This document shows, one piece after another, positions 39,882 through 50,928 of a DNA stretch of 64,000 bases. This stretch comes from an uncultured Poribacteria bacterium (GTDB taxonomy: Bacteria; Poribacteria; WGA-4E; WGA-3G), in assembly GCA_951813565.1 (NCBI GenBank), contig OX638351.1, forward strand, positions 608,001 to 672,000, in the 5' to 3' direction. The position numbers and the translations under genes are program-made. Within the stretch, counting starts at the first letter, position 1. Each line of letters opens with the position of its first letter. The notes below the pieces were generated by a model that was not told the DNA's origin, made no database searches, and worked only from the letters and a program-made list of their open reading frames with translations.

Positions 39882-40145
39882 ATGACGTATGTAATTTGCG
39901 AACCTTGCATAGATGAAAAAGACAGCTCTTGTGTTGATGTCTGTCCAGTAGATTGCATTCACCCGCATCCAACAGATGCACCTGACGACTTCGAAGAAGT
40001 AGACATGCTCTACATCGATCCGGAAGAATGCATCGATTGTGGCGTATGCGAACCGGAATGCCCCGTTGAAGCTATCTTTATGGAAGAAGATTTGCCGGAA
40101 GAATGGGAACATTTCATAGAGATTAACGCTGCATATTTTGAGTAA
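39882..40145 (+). CDS. FdxA-type (7Fe) ferredoxin 3
   Basis: RBS AAGGAG; MTYVICEPC...CVDVCPVDCI...CIDCGVCEPECP. Confidence 0.92.
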   Translation: MTYVICEPCIDEKDSSCVDVCPVDCIHPHPTDAPDDFEEVDMLYIDPEECIDCGVCEPECPVEAIFMEEDLPEEWEHFIEINAAYFE

Positions 40146-40332
40146 ATAGCACCGAATTGATTGCTTGTCAGTCAAAAACTAAGGGTGTTGTCTTAACATT
40201 ATTTGATATACGTGTGGGTTTTAATCATAAAATCTATGCTATATCATTCGTTAGGCAACACCTTCTTTTTATTAAAAGATGTAAATATTCGCTGGACAAA
40301 CAAAGGTTAAAAACGCGATACTAAATTTAGAT

Positions 40333-40434
40333 TATGGTGAATTATAAAAATAAATAGACACTTGCGTCCCCGGTAGGCGAGGTTTCCTAACCTCGCTGGT
40401 GCAGAGTGCCCAAGTAATTCCAAAGTCTACCATA
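40333..40434. repeat. MITE-like element with REP core
   Basis: TATGGTGAATT...AGTCTACCATA ends; core GTAGGCGAGGTT-TCCT-AACCTCGC; similar shell at 46896-47031. Confidence 0.6.
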
Positions 40435-40475
40435 AATGCATCCTAAATGAATAACGTACACCTCGGAGAACAATT

Positions 40476-42818
40476 ATGAGTATGAGAGAAAAATACGATT
40501 CTACAGATTTCTGGTATACGTTCATCAATTCACTCCATAACGAGGGACTCTCAGCTGGTAGGGGCGAATTGGAAATGGACGAGGAAATGCAGAAAAAACT
40601 TCTCGCTTACCTCAAAGAAAATATTGAAAAGGGAGTTACAAACGAGGAAACGGTACTCCCACCTACTCTTTCCGACTATTTATCGCGTTTTCCACAAGAA
40701 ATGCTGCCAAAGCTGCAGTCATTAGCAGAAAGTTTTCTTGACACGGATCCTGACAATGGACCAGCATCCGTGCTATTGGCAACTGTTGCCTATACGGAGA
40801 TGGGAAGTATCGGATCATTGCCGTTTGTAGGAAAAGCATTAACACTTGTGCCAAAAGATCTATGTCTGAATTTACTTATAATTTACAAGTACGGGAGGAA
40901 CTGCGGAGCCGCGGAACAAATTATTCTCACTGTACTTGAAAACGTATTTGAGTGGGCAAAACAACAAGATAATTCTGCCCGTTACCATGAAGTGAGAAAT
41001 TTCTATCGGCGACATAGAGTAACACCTTATTCAGTATATACAAGACTAAAAACATTCGATAAACGATATTGGGAAAAGCGAGAAGGGGACAGGATTATGG
41101 GAATAGGTGAAGGTAAAGGTACAATTGGGAAATGTAGAGATTTGATATCCGAAGAACAAGCAGCATTTAACAAAGTAATGGTAGAAGAATCAGACAATCC
41201 AAACATCTTTGGTGAGGAAACATCTGAGAATACAGATTTTTGGGATGCTTATCTTGACACATTAGAAGACCGTGGACTTTCAGTACCCAGATGGAAACTG
41301 GTACCCAAGGTGCAAGAAAAACTTTTAGATTACTTCAAGACAAAAATAGAAGCTGGGGTTATTGACGGTCTGACTACGTTACCATCACAACTTCCAGAGT
41401 ACGTTCCACTGTTCCCTGATGCGATGCTTCTGGAGCTGAGAGAATTCGCTGAAGAGGTATATGAAAAACAACCTGAAAATGGTGCTGCAGCAAAAATGTT
41501 AGCGGTAATTGAGCAGAAAGGTTATATTACATTTAATGAACAAGCAATCACTTTGGCACCTAATGACGCAGAAATCTGCTTTTATGCAATTAGTTATAAT
41601 ACTTCGCTTACGTTACTTGAAAAGTTGTTTGAAAGGGCACAACGACGAGGCGAATCAGAATTGTACCATTGGTTAGTAAGACTTTACAAAGAGATAGGTA
41701 CAACACCATGTGTTAGTTACCGGAAGTTGATGAAAAGTTCCGAGGGAAACGTAGAGTTGATTACACGGTATAAAGCATTGATTGTGCAAGCACAACAGAC
41801 TTTTGAGCATCGTCTGGAACAGGAACCTGATGACTGGTATGCTCTACGCGGACTCGGTGATATTTATGAAACGTTGGGTGAGACCGAATTGACACAAAAA
41901 TATCCGTGGGAGGGACATTCAGATACAAAGATTGCATGGCAACAGAAAGCATGGGTTGGCAGAAAACTGCCAGATTTTTCAGCGACTCCACTTGATGGCA
42001 CACCTATATCTGTATCGGATTACCGTGGTAAAATGTTAGTGCTAAATTTCTGTGCGAAATGGTGCGGTTTTTGTGCGCCTGAAATTCCTTATCTCAAAAA
42101 AGTCTATGAGGAACATCACGACAAAGGGTTAGAAGTTATTGGTGTGAGTCTTGACGAAAACGAAGCGGAACTATGTGAGTTTATTGACGCACATGATATA
42201 CCGTGGCCAAATATCTTTGATGGAAAAGGTTGGGAAAGTGACCTTGCTCGGTATTTTGGAATAAATAGTGTTCCTTCGCAATGGCTTATTGACAGGGATG
42301 GGACAATTATATCAGTTGGAACTAGACGAGAGACATTGGGACAACTCGTGAAGTGGGCAGAAGCATCGCGTGTTGGTAACCTGGTTCCGGATTTCTCAGC
42401 AGTTGATGTAGATGGGAATCTTGTTTCACCCTCGGCATATCGCGGTAAAGTTGTATTACTCTATTTTTGGACAAGCCAAGACTACTGTGAAAAAGAACTA
42501 ACTTATATGGACGCAGTCTATCAAAAATATCACACCAAGGGATTTGACATTGTCGATGTCAACATTGCAGGATGGAAAAATGAAGAAGATTTTCACCGAT
42601 TACTCAGTAAAAAAAACTATCAAGGCCACCATATCTATGATGGAGGCAAATTGAAACAGGGTCCACTTGCTCAGCAATTTGCCATTCAAGAAATCCCTAC
42701 ACTTCTGCTGATAGATACCGATGGTAAAATTATTGATGCACGGTCAGGAAAAGTACATTCACCTGAAGCATGGACTGCAAGATTAGAAAAGCTTGTGGCT
42801 ACACATCTTGGAATGTGA
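40476..42818 (+). CDS. TlpA/redoxin-domain protein with duplicated helical N-terminal domains and two thioredoxin-like domains
   Basis: PDFSA...DYRGKMLVLNFCAKWCGFC; second domain YRGKVVLLYFWTSQDYC; two TDFW...L...GLS units. Confidence 0.85.
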   Translation: MSMREKYDSTDFWYTFINSLHNEGLSAGRGELEMDEEMQKKLLAYLKENIEKGVTNEETVLPPTLSDYLSRFPQEMLPKLQSLAESFLDTDPDNGPASVLLATVAYTEMGSIGSLPFVGKALTLVPKDLCLNLLIIYKYGRNCGAAEQIILTVLENVFEWAKQQDNSARYHEVRNFYRRHRVTPYSVYTRLKTFDKRYWEKREGDRIMGIGEGKGTIGKCRDLISEEQAAFNKVMVEESDNPNIFGEETSENTDFWDAYLDTLEDRGLSVPRWKLVPKVQEKLLDYFKTKIEAGVIDGLTTLPSQLPEYVPLFPDAMLLELREFAEEVYEKQPENGAAAKMLAVIEQKGYITFNEQAITLAPNDAEICFYAISYNTSLTLLEKLFERAQRRGESELYHWLVRLYKEIGTTPCVSYRKLMKSSEGNVELITRYKALIVQAQQTFEHRLEQEPDDWYALRGLGDIYETLGETELTQKYPWEGHSDTKIAWQQKAWVGRKLPDFSATPLDGTPISVSDYRGKMLVLNFCAKWCGFCAPEIPYLKKVYEEHHDKGLEVIGVSLDENEAELCEFIDAHDIPWPNIFDGKGWESDLARYFGINSVPSQWLIDRDGTIISVGTRRETLGQLVKWAEASRVGNLVPDFSAVDVDGNLVSPSAYRGKVVLLYFWTSQDYCEKELTYMDAVYQKYHTKGFDIVDVNIAGWKNEEDFHRLLSKKNYQGHHIYDGGKLKQGPLAQQFAIQEIPTLLLIDTDGKIIDARSGKVHSPEAWTARLEKLVATHLGM

Positions 42819-42845
42819 TAGAATAGAAGGTAGGAGGGAACTGTT

Positions 42846-43304
42846 ATGGCGTATTTCATCACTGACGAATGCATCGGGTGTCTGCAGTGTCTATGTAAAT
42901 GTCCGGTAGATGCAATTACTGGTGATCGTGGTAAGTTGCACATCATTGACCCGGATGTGTGTATTGATTGTAGTGCTTGTGGGATGGTGTGTCCGGTGGA
43001 AGCAATTCACGACCAATTCGGGGAAGTGTGTAAATTTATCAAACCTCTCTCACATCGCCCTATAGCCGTTATCTATGAGGAACTATGTTCCGGATGTGAT
43101 TTCTGTGTTCAGATATGCCCTTGGGAGTGCCTTGAAATAATAAACCCGGTTACAAATGAACATGCAGATAGTTTCTTTGGTATTTGTGAACTTGTGAAAC
43201 CGAAGGATTGTGTCGGTTGTAAGCTTTGCGAAGAAGTTTGTATCAAGGACGCTATCCGAGTTGAATCGCCAGTGTTATTGGAACTCGCTGAGGCTGCAGA
43301 TTGA
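42846..43304 (+). CDS. Polyferredoxin with four [4Fe-4S] motifs
   Basis: Four CxxCxxCxxxC motifs. Confidence 0.9.
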   Translation: MAYFITDECIGCLQCLCKCPVDAITGDRGKLHIIDPDVCIDCSACGMVCPVEAIHDQFGEVCKFIKPLSHRPIAVIYEELCSGCDFCVQICPWECLEIINPVTNEHADSFFGICELVKPKDCVGCKLCEEVCIKDAIRVESPVLLELAEAAD

Positions 43305-43368
43305 GATTTACCGATACGCCAATTGAAACGAGAGAAAATTGTATAGGTTTATAAGTTTTACTATAAAC

Positions 43369-43409
43369 AAAGAAGCCCAACCCACAGTAGATGGGTTGGG
43401 CTTCTTTTT
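43369..43409. terminator. Intrinsic terminator between the convergent polyferredoxin gene and tRNAs
   Basis: AAGAAGCCCAACCCA...TGGGTTGGGCTTCTTTTT. Confidence 0.8.
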
Positions 43410-43416
43410 GGAAAGA

Positions 43417-43491
43417 TACCCCCGACGAGATTTGAACTCGTGTCGCCGCCGTGAAAGGGCGGTGTCCTTGGCCAGGCTAGACGACGGGGGC
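43417..43491 (-). tRNA. tRNA-Glu (TTC)
   Basis: GCCCCCG acceptor stem; anticodon arm CCGCC-CTTTCAC-GGCGG; T-loop GTTCAAATC; CCA not encoded. Confidence 0.95.
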
Positions 43492-43507
43492 ATATAGAAA
43501 AAATGAA

Positions 43508-43580
43508 TGAGCCGTACAGGAGTCGAACCTGTGACCACCTGATTAAAAGTCAGATGCTCTACCAGCTGAGCTAACGGCTC
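43508..43580 (-). tRNA. tRNA-Lys (TTT)
   Basis: GAGCCGT...TAGCTCAGCTGGTAGAGC; anticodon loop CTTTTAA; GGTTCGACTCC. Confidence 0.95.
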
Positions 43581-43596
43581 AAATTCACAATATATT

Positions 43597-43625
43597 ATGA
43601 TACAACCTTTCTTGGCAAATGTCAA
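43597..43625 (-). promoter_or_regulatory. Sigma70 promoter for tRNA-Lys/Glu
   Basis: TTGACA-N17-TATCAT. Confidence 0.75.
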
Positions 43626-43692
43626 GTTAAAATGCAAAAACTTGAAAGCTTATTGGAAGGTTGTAGGGGTAGGATAGTTTTGGTGCCGCTCT

Positions 43693-44985
<1,293 letters not shown>

Positions 44986-45234
44986 CTATCTCGCAAGACA
45001 TTAGTCCGCAATAAGATATACAACCTGTCTCATGAATCGTGGGAGGGCTTTGTAAACGCGATCTTCAAGAAATGTTTACTTCAGTAGAAACGCGTTTGTA
45101 GTCGCGCAATTTATTGCGCCTCGGACATTTGCATTAGTATTTTACGGCTTGGATTGAGCGTAGTGAAACAACAAATTCCGATTTATGAGATGCACTCTAT
45201 ATAAAGCCGTGAAATACACCGACACTCTCCAAAA

Positions 45235-45630
45235 TTAACGTTTAGAGAATTGAAATCTTGCCCGTGCGCCTTTCTGCCCGTATTTTTTGCGTTCTACCAT
45301 CCGTGGGTCGCGTGTTAAAAACCCAGCTTTTTTCAGTGCAGGCTTCAACGCTTCGTCTGCTTTAACGAGTGCGCGTGCAAGACCGTGCGAAATAGCACCG
45401 GACTGACCGGTATTGCCTCCGCCACGGACATTCACGTGGACAGCGAATTCACCAACTCGCTCAACGTGCTCAATCGGTCGGCGCGCTGCCTGCACGTGAT
45501 CTGAACGGTCAAAGTACTCCTCAATAGGTTTTTTATTGACAAGAATGCCGCCTTCACCACCTGGGATAATTCGGACGCGCGCGACAGAGGTTTTACGCCT
45601 ACCAGTTCCCCAATATTGTTCAATGGCCAT
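45235..45630 (-). CDS. rpsI: 30S ribosomal protein S9
   Basis: [12 protein letters not shown]...[14 protein letters not shown]...QFSKR. Confidence 0.97.
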   Translation of the reverse strand: MAIEQYWGTGRRKTSVARVRIIPGGEGGILVNKKPIEEYFDRSDHVQAARRPIEHVERVGEFAVHVNVRGGGNTGQSGAISHGLARALVKADEALKPALKKAGFLTRDPRMVERKKYGQKGARARFQFSKR

Positions 45631-45645
45631 ATATTTCCTCAACTG

Positions 45646-46083
45646 TTAAAATGTTAAGACTTCCGGTTCCTGGGCTTGGTGCGGGTGGTTTGGACCTGTA
45701 TAGACTTTTAACCCCTTCATCAATTTTGCACCGAGGCTATTCTTAGGCACCATACCTTTGACCGCAGCAGTAATAATAAATTCTGGGCTGCGTTCCATCT
45801 GTTCATTGAACGTTCGATATCTGTCACCACCAGGATAACCGCTATGCCGGAAATAGGTTTTCTGTTCACCTTTATTTCCGGTCACAACAACCTTTTCGGC
45901 GTTAATCACAGCAACACGATACCCTAAATCCGCGTGGGGTGTAAAACTGGGGTCATGTTTCCCTCTCAGTACTTGCGCGATTCCGGATGCCAACCGTCCG
46001 AGCACTTGCCCTTCTGCATCCACAACGTACCACTTAATCTGTTTATCGGATTTAGGAAAATGGGTTTTTGTTTTCAATACCAT
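45646..46083 (-). CDS. rplM: 50S ribosomal protein L13
   Basis: WYVVDAEGQVLGRLAS, LRGKH, HSGYPGG, HPHQAQ. Confidence 0.97.
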   Translation of the reverse strand: MVLKTKTHFPKSDKQIKWYVVDAEGQVLGRLASGIAQVLRGKHDPSFTPHADLGYRVAVINAEKVVVTGNKGEQKTYFRHSGYPGGDRYRTFNEQMERSPEFIITAAVKGMVPKNSLGAKLMKGLKVYTGPNHPHQAQEPEVLTF

Positions 46084-46148
46084 AATTCTTTACCTTCTCA
46101 GAAAATGCTTGCTTTTCTAAATGATATTTGCTCACATGCATATACTGT

Positions 46149-46177
46149 ATTATACTATAAAAAGTGTGGGTTGTCAA
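46149..46177 (-). promoter_or_regulatory. Consensus sigma70 promoter of rplM-rpsI
   Basis: Perfect TTGACA-N17-TATAAT. Confidence 0.85.
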
Positions 46178-46193
46178 AATTAAATAACCCTGG

Positions 46194-46288
46194 GGGTGTG
46201 TAAATATTTGGTTACATAGGTTCAATTTACAATGATTACGCGGCGTTTTCCACTGTAGGGCGGATTTCTACAAAAACTTTACACACCC
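46194..46288. mobile_element. MITE with ISKra4-type ends
   Basis: GGGTGTGTAAA...CAAAAACTTTACACACCC. Confidence 0.75.
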
Positions 46289-46459
46289 AGTTAAAAACTA
46301 TGCCGTGTTTATCAATTGTAACACAATATTGAGTTTTTATCCATTCCAAAGATAAACGGTGATTCAAAGCTGAAACCAAAATAAACTCCTAAACGTGTTA
46401 TGTATGGATAGGTTTAACGACCTGCAATAATTAATACATTAACATTTTAGGAGGAATTT

Positions 46460-46882
46460 ATGAAACTCAACCCCTACTTAACCTTCAACAATGATTGCCG
46501 TGAAGCGTTTGAATTCTACCGCTCAGTTTTCGGCGGAGAGTTCATAAACATATCAACATTCCGTGAAGCACCAGAAGACCTTGGCGTTGCGGAGGAAGAC
46601 CTTGATCGTATCATGCACGTTTCCCTTCCGATCGGATCCAACGTCTTGATGGGCAGCGACACTTGTTCATCGTTCGGACCACCGCGTGTTGCTGGTAATA
46701 ACTTCTCGCTCTGCTTTGAAGCAGATAACAGACCACATGCAGACGAAGTCTTTGCTAAACTATCTAATGGTGGCAAAGTCATGATGCCGATGGGCGACAT
46801 GTTCTGGGGTGCGTATTACGGTAAATGCACTGACAAATTTGGAATCACCTGGGATATCCTTGCTGAACACGCGCAGGAATAA
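46460..46882 (+). CDS. VOC/PhnB-family glyoxalase-like protein
   Basis: LNPYLTF...AFEFYRSVFGGE, IMH, MGSD, FWGAYYG...DKFGITW. Confidence 0.9.
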   Translation: MKLNPYLTFNNDCREAFEFYRSVFGGEFINISTFREAPEDLGVAEEDLDRIMHVSLPIGSNVLMGSDTCSSFGPPRVAGNNFSLCFEADNRPHADEVFAKLSNGGKVMMPMGDMFWGAYYGKCTDKFGITWDILAEHAQE

Positions 46883-47209
46883 TCCTGCACGTTATTATAG
46901 TAAACTTTAGAATTAACGGGACATTTTGAGACGTAGGAGGGAATTCCGATTCCCGACTATCAGTGAGGTTCGTCTCGATTCGGAGATCGCTCCTACAGAA
47001 AATGTGTATCTTTATTTTTAAAGTTCACTATAAATAAAATGTTCCTTAGAACCGAGTTTTTCAAAAAGCTCGGTTCTAAGCCTTCCCTAACTGTCCCCAC
47101 CATCTTGTGAGTAGGTCTCTCCTCCCATCCACTCGTTTGAACGGAAATCGGCTTTACAACCCTTCTACAAGAAATTTATCCCGTACATCCATACATTAAA
47201 CTTCCTTAC

Positions 47210-48667
47210 GGGTGTGTAAAGTTTTTGGCATGAAATTGAAATGAATGGAGTTCTTGCACAGAATGTATACAAATGGTATCCTGACCTCATAAATAAGATA
47301 CTTTTTTAGGAAGGATACCAATGCCAAGTATATCATTAAGTCCTTGTGAAGGCAACGATTACAAAGCAGATTTTAACGAGTTTGTAAAAGAGATCAACGA
47401 TCTTTATGTAGACATCAATTCTGACGAGGGTTTATCTTTAGGTGATGTTGAAGTCCGTGTTTCCGAAGCATTTTGTTCTTTTAAACAAAAGTTTTTAGAA
47501 ATGTGTGTTTCTAAAAAGTCAAATAAGAAAGAGCGTGAACCAGTTGAATGTCCAGCGTGTTAAGAACTTTGTCGTCCATTGCGTATGCGTGCGCGTTATT
47601 TCACAACACTTTGTGGAAAAACAAGCGTAAATCGTTGGGTGTATTGTTGTGAACAAGGACATCGTCACGCGCCGTGGGAGGTCAAACAGAAGTTATTGGG
47701 TCAATACACGCGTCGTGTTGCTGAAGCGATGTGTCGTCTGTCTGCCCTTCTTGACTATAGAGAAGCGGCATCGGAGTTGTCGCATCAAGGTATAGAAGTC
47801 AGCCACACGACGCTCCAACACAAAGTGAGTGAATGGTCAGAAGATTTGAGCGTCTGTGAACAAGTGGCACCTCAAAAACTCGCAGAAAATGAGCGATGGC
47901 CTGTGAGTTGTGATGGGTGTCATACCAACTCCCCTGATGGGTGGAAAGAGACAAAAGTTGGTTGTGTTTACAGAGATTATCCACAATGTGGTTCTGATGC
48001 GGTGTCAAGTGCGAGAGAGACAAGTATCCGTTATGTCGCAACGCGTAATGATGCGGCACATTTTGGTAAGGAGTTATATGCGTTAGCAACCAATAGTGGC
48101 ATCTACCAAGAAGCGATAGATACGCAAGAGATTGTGTTTCTTGGTGATGGTGCAGCGTGGATATGGAACTTAGCGGATGAATACTTCCCCAATGCTGTAG
48201 AGATTGTGGATTATATGCATGCGAAGTCTCATCTATATGATGTTGCTAAAGTTGCCTTCGGAGAGACTGAAACAGAGGCGATACAAGACTGGGTAAAAAC
48301 GACAGAACCTATCCTTTATGATGGCAACATTACAGAAGTAGCCGCACGCATTCGTGGCTTAGACACACAGACCCCGGAAGTATCGGATATTTTAGAAAGA
48401 GAAGCGCGGTATTTCGAAAAACACGCGAAGCGAATGCAGTATAAAGCGTTTAGAGAAAAAGGGTATCAGATTGGCAGTGGTGTGATTGAAAGTGCGTGTA
48501 AACATGTTGTCGGACAAAGATGCAAACAAGCTGCTATGAGATGGGAGAAACCGGGTATCAATGCTGTGCTGAAGTGGAGGTGTTTGTTGAAAAATGAAGC
48601 ATGGAATAATTATTGGTATACAAACACAAAAGCAGCGTGATATTCATGCCAAAAACTTTACACACCC
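47210..48667 (+). mobile_element. ISKra4-family IS; transposase 47321..48640 interrupted by in-frame TAA at 47561
   Basis: 25-bp perfect IRs GGGTGTGTAAAGTTTTTGGCATGAA / TTCATGCCAAAAACTTTACACACCC; LGDGAAWIW, VDYMHA, IGSGVIESAC. Confidence 0.9.
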
Positions 48668-50382
48668 CATTCCGCAGTTGTTAAATCAGATTTTAAGTAT
48701 TTATGTTATACTGTTGTATCTTGAATAATAGGAGATGATACCATAACTGAACCTACTTTTACAACCCTACGCTTAGATCATCTTGGCATTGTTGCTGGTG
48801 TATGTGATCGTATTGACTTGATTGACACGATTGATACCTTTATTGGTCTAACGAAACGGAAAGTCTCAGTGGGTGAAGCTGTGATGGCAATGGTCTTGAA
48901 TGCTTTAGGCTTTGTCTCACGCCCTCTCTGCTTGACACCTGAGTTTTTTTCAAATAAACCCGTGGACTTGTTGGTCCGGTCTCACCGCTGTGCTGCCGAT
49001 TTTTCGGACGATAGTCTTGGGCGTGCTTTAGATACTCTTTATGAAAACGGAGTTACCGAACTTTTTGCGATAGTTGCGTCCAAGGCATTATCAACATTTG
49101 ACATAGCCCATCGTTTTGTCCATCTGGATAGTAGCACGTTTAGTTTGCATGGAGACTATGATACCGAAACGGACGATGAACACGCCATTCACATCACCCA
49201 CGGATATAGTCGGGATCAGCGTCCGGACATCAAACAGGTGGTTGTCCAACTCATTTGTTCTTATCGGTCTCAGTTCCCGGTATAGTTCAAAGCACTTGAT
49301 GGAAATAAGGCTGATAAAACAAGTTTCCCAGACACGATCCGCGCATATCTGGCGCAACTGCGTGGCAGTGAACCGCCTTATTTTGTAGCGGATAGTGCGC
49401 TCTATACCGCCCATAACATTACGACGCTCTGTGATGTGCGTTTTATTACGCGTGTGCCTGAGACGATCAAAGCTGTCAAAGCCCTCTATCAAACTATCTC
49501 CACTGAAGCGATGCAGCCGGCACTACTTGATGGGTATCGTTATCTTTCGGTTGATAGCACCTATGGCGGTGTTCCTCAAAGGTGGTTAGTTGTTTATTCC
49601 GATGCAGCGTCCCATCGTGAAGTGGCGACTTTGGAAAAAAAGATTGCCAAAGCACAGGGGGTTGCCGAGACATCCTTCAAGCGATTGCAGCATAAAACGT
49701 TTGACACCTATTCAGCTGCTGAAGCCGCTGTGGCAGATATATCCAAATCGTGGAAGTATCATCAACCTTGTGCCACCATCATCTCTGTTCCACATTATAC
49801 AACTCCGGGACGACCTAACAAAACGGATAAACCGACACACTTCCGTTATCGGATTGAGGGTAAAGTCGTTGCGAATGTGGAAGCGATTGAAAAACTCAAG
49901 CGCAGCAAAGGCAGATTTGTGCTCGCCACGAATGAGTTAGACACAACTTTACTTGACGATGCCACTTTACTTGATGTGTATAAAGCACAGAACATCTCTG
50001 TAGAACGCAGTTTTCGCTTTTTGAAAGACCCTTTATTCTTTGCCGCCAGTCTATATCTAAAAAACAACCAACGCATCATGGCATTGCTGATGGTGATGGG
50101 ACTTTCGCTGCTTGTTTATGCGCTTGCGGAACGATGGGTTCAAACCGAGTTGGTCAAACAAGAACAAACGATACCCAACCAAGTTGGTAAGTCAACGCAG
50201 AACCCAACACGCCGACGCATCTTTCAAATGTTTGAGGGTATTGATGTCCTATTGATAGAACAAAACGGTCATATACAACGCACTATCGTGAACATAACAG
50301 TGATAAAGTCTCAAATTATCAACATATTAGGTATAGAAGTCAAAAAAGTTTATTTTCCAGATCCGTAACTGCGGAATGTAGG
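48668..50382 (+). pseudogene. IS1634-family element with defective transposase (ATA at expected start, TAG at 49283)
   Basis: LDHLGIVAG, HLDSSTF, GYSRDQRPD, VADSALY, VERSFRFLKDP in a single frame; IRs CATTCCGCAGTT / AACTGCGGAATG. Confidence 0.88.
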
Positions 50383-50607
50383 ATTAATCGTTATAATAGA
50401 CATTATAACGTTTTAATTGTCCGTAGTTTTTGGTCTTTCATAAAATCTAAAGTTCGTCCGTCGGGTAGAGCTTGCGACACCCGACGGACACGCCATCCAC
50501 TTTTTGCCTATATTTCGGTCTTGGCATTATCAGACACTTCCGATTAAATCATTATAATGTCTAATGTCTATTATAGATTAGGTCTCTTTCTGATTGGTTG
50601 TAGTCGA

Positions 50608-50919
50608 CTACTGAGATTTGCGCATTCCCGTCAAAACGACGAGGGGTTCTGAACTGGTGACAGTTAGTGAATGATAGGTATTCGCAGGAACATCAATGCG
50701 GTCGCCTCGTTTAACAGTGTCGTGGTCATCGGCGACTTTCACATCTGCTGTGCCAGATAATACGCAAACAACTTCATCTTGGCTATGGATGTAATCAAGG
50801 TAAGCGCCGCCAGGACGTCCTGTCCACTGATATGCATCAAATCCCTCGGATTGTAACTGCTTCTTTAGGGCATCGGTATCATCATTCTGTTCTAACCAAT
50901 TTGATTTCCATTCCATCAT
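50608..50919 (-). CDS. Cupin-domain protein
   Basis: HSQDEVVCVLSG, GDRIDVPANTYHS. Confidence 0.8.
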   Translation of the reverse strand: MMEWKSNWLEQNDDTDALKKQLQSEGFDAYQWTGRPGGAYLDYIHSQDEVVCVLSGTADVKVADDHDTVKRGDRIDVPANTYHSLTVTSSEPLVVLTGMRKSQ

Positions 50920-50928
50920 ATATTCTCC

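Noticed and set aside
39182..40175. Long antisense ORFs (258 and 111 aa) over the ferredoxins
   Set aside because: Shadow ORFs of the clearly coding plus-strand ferredoxins
35952..43491. tRNA-Glu-anchored integrative island containing the sigma/ferredoxin cluster
   Set aside because: No integrase and no duplicated tRNA 3' end seen in the window
43308..43637. 109-aa minus-strand ORF
   Set aside because: It overlaps two tRNA genes and a terminator; spurious
47561..49285. Stop-codon recoding in the ISKra4 (TAA) and IS1634 (TAG) transposases
   Set aside because: TAA and TAG end many intact genes in this window; simple nonsense mutations in decaying IS elements are more parsimonious
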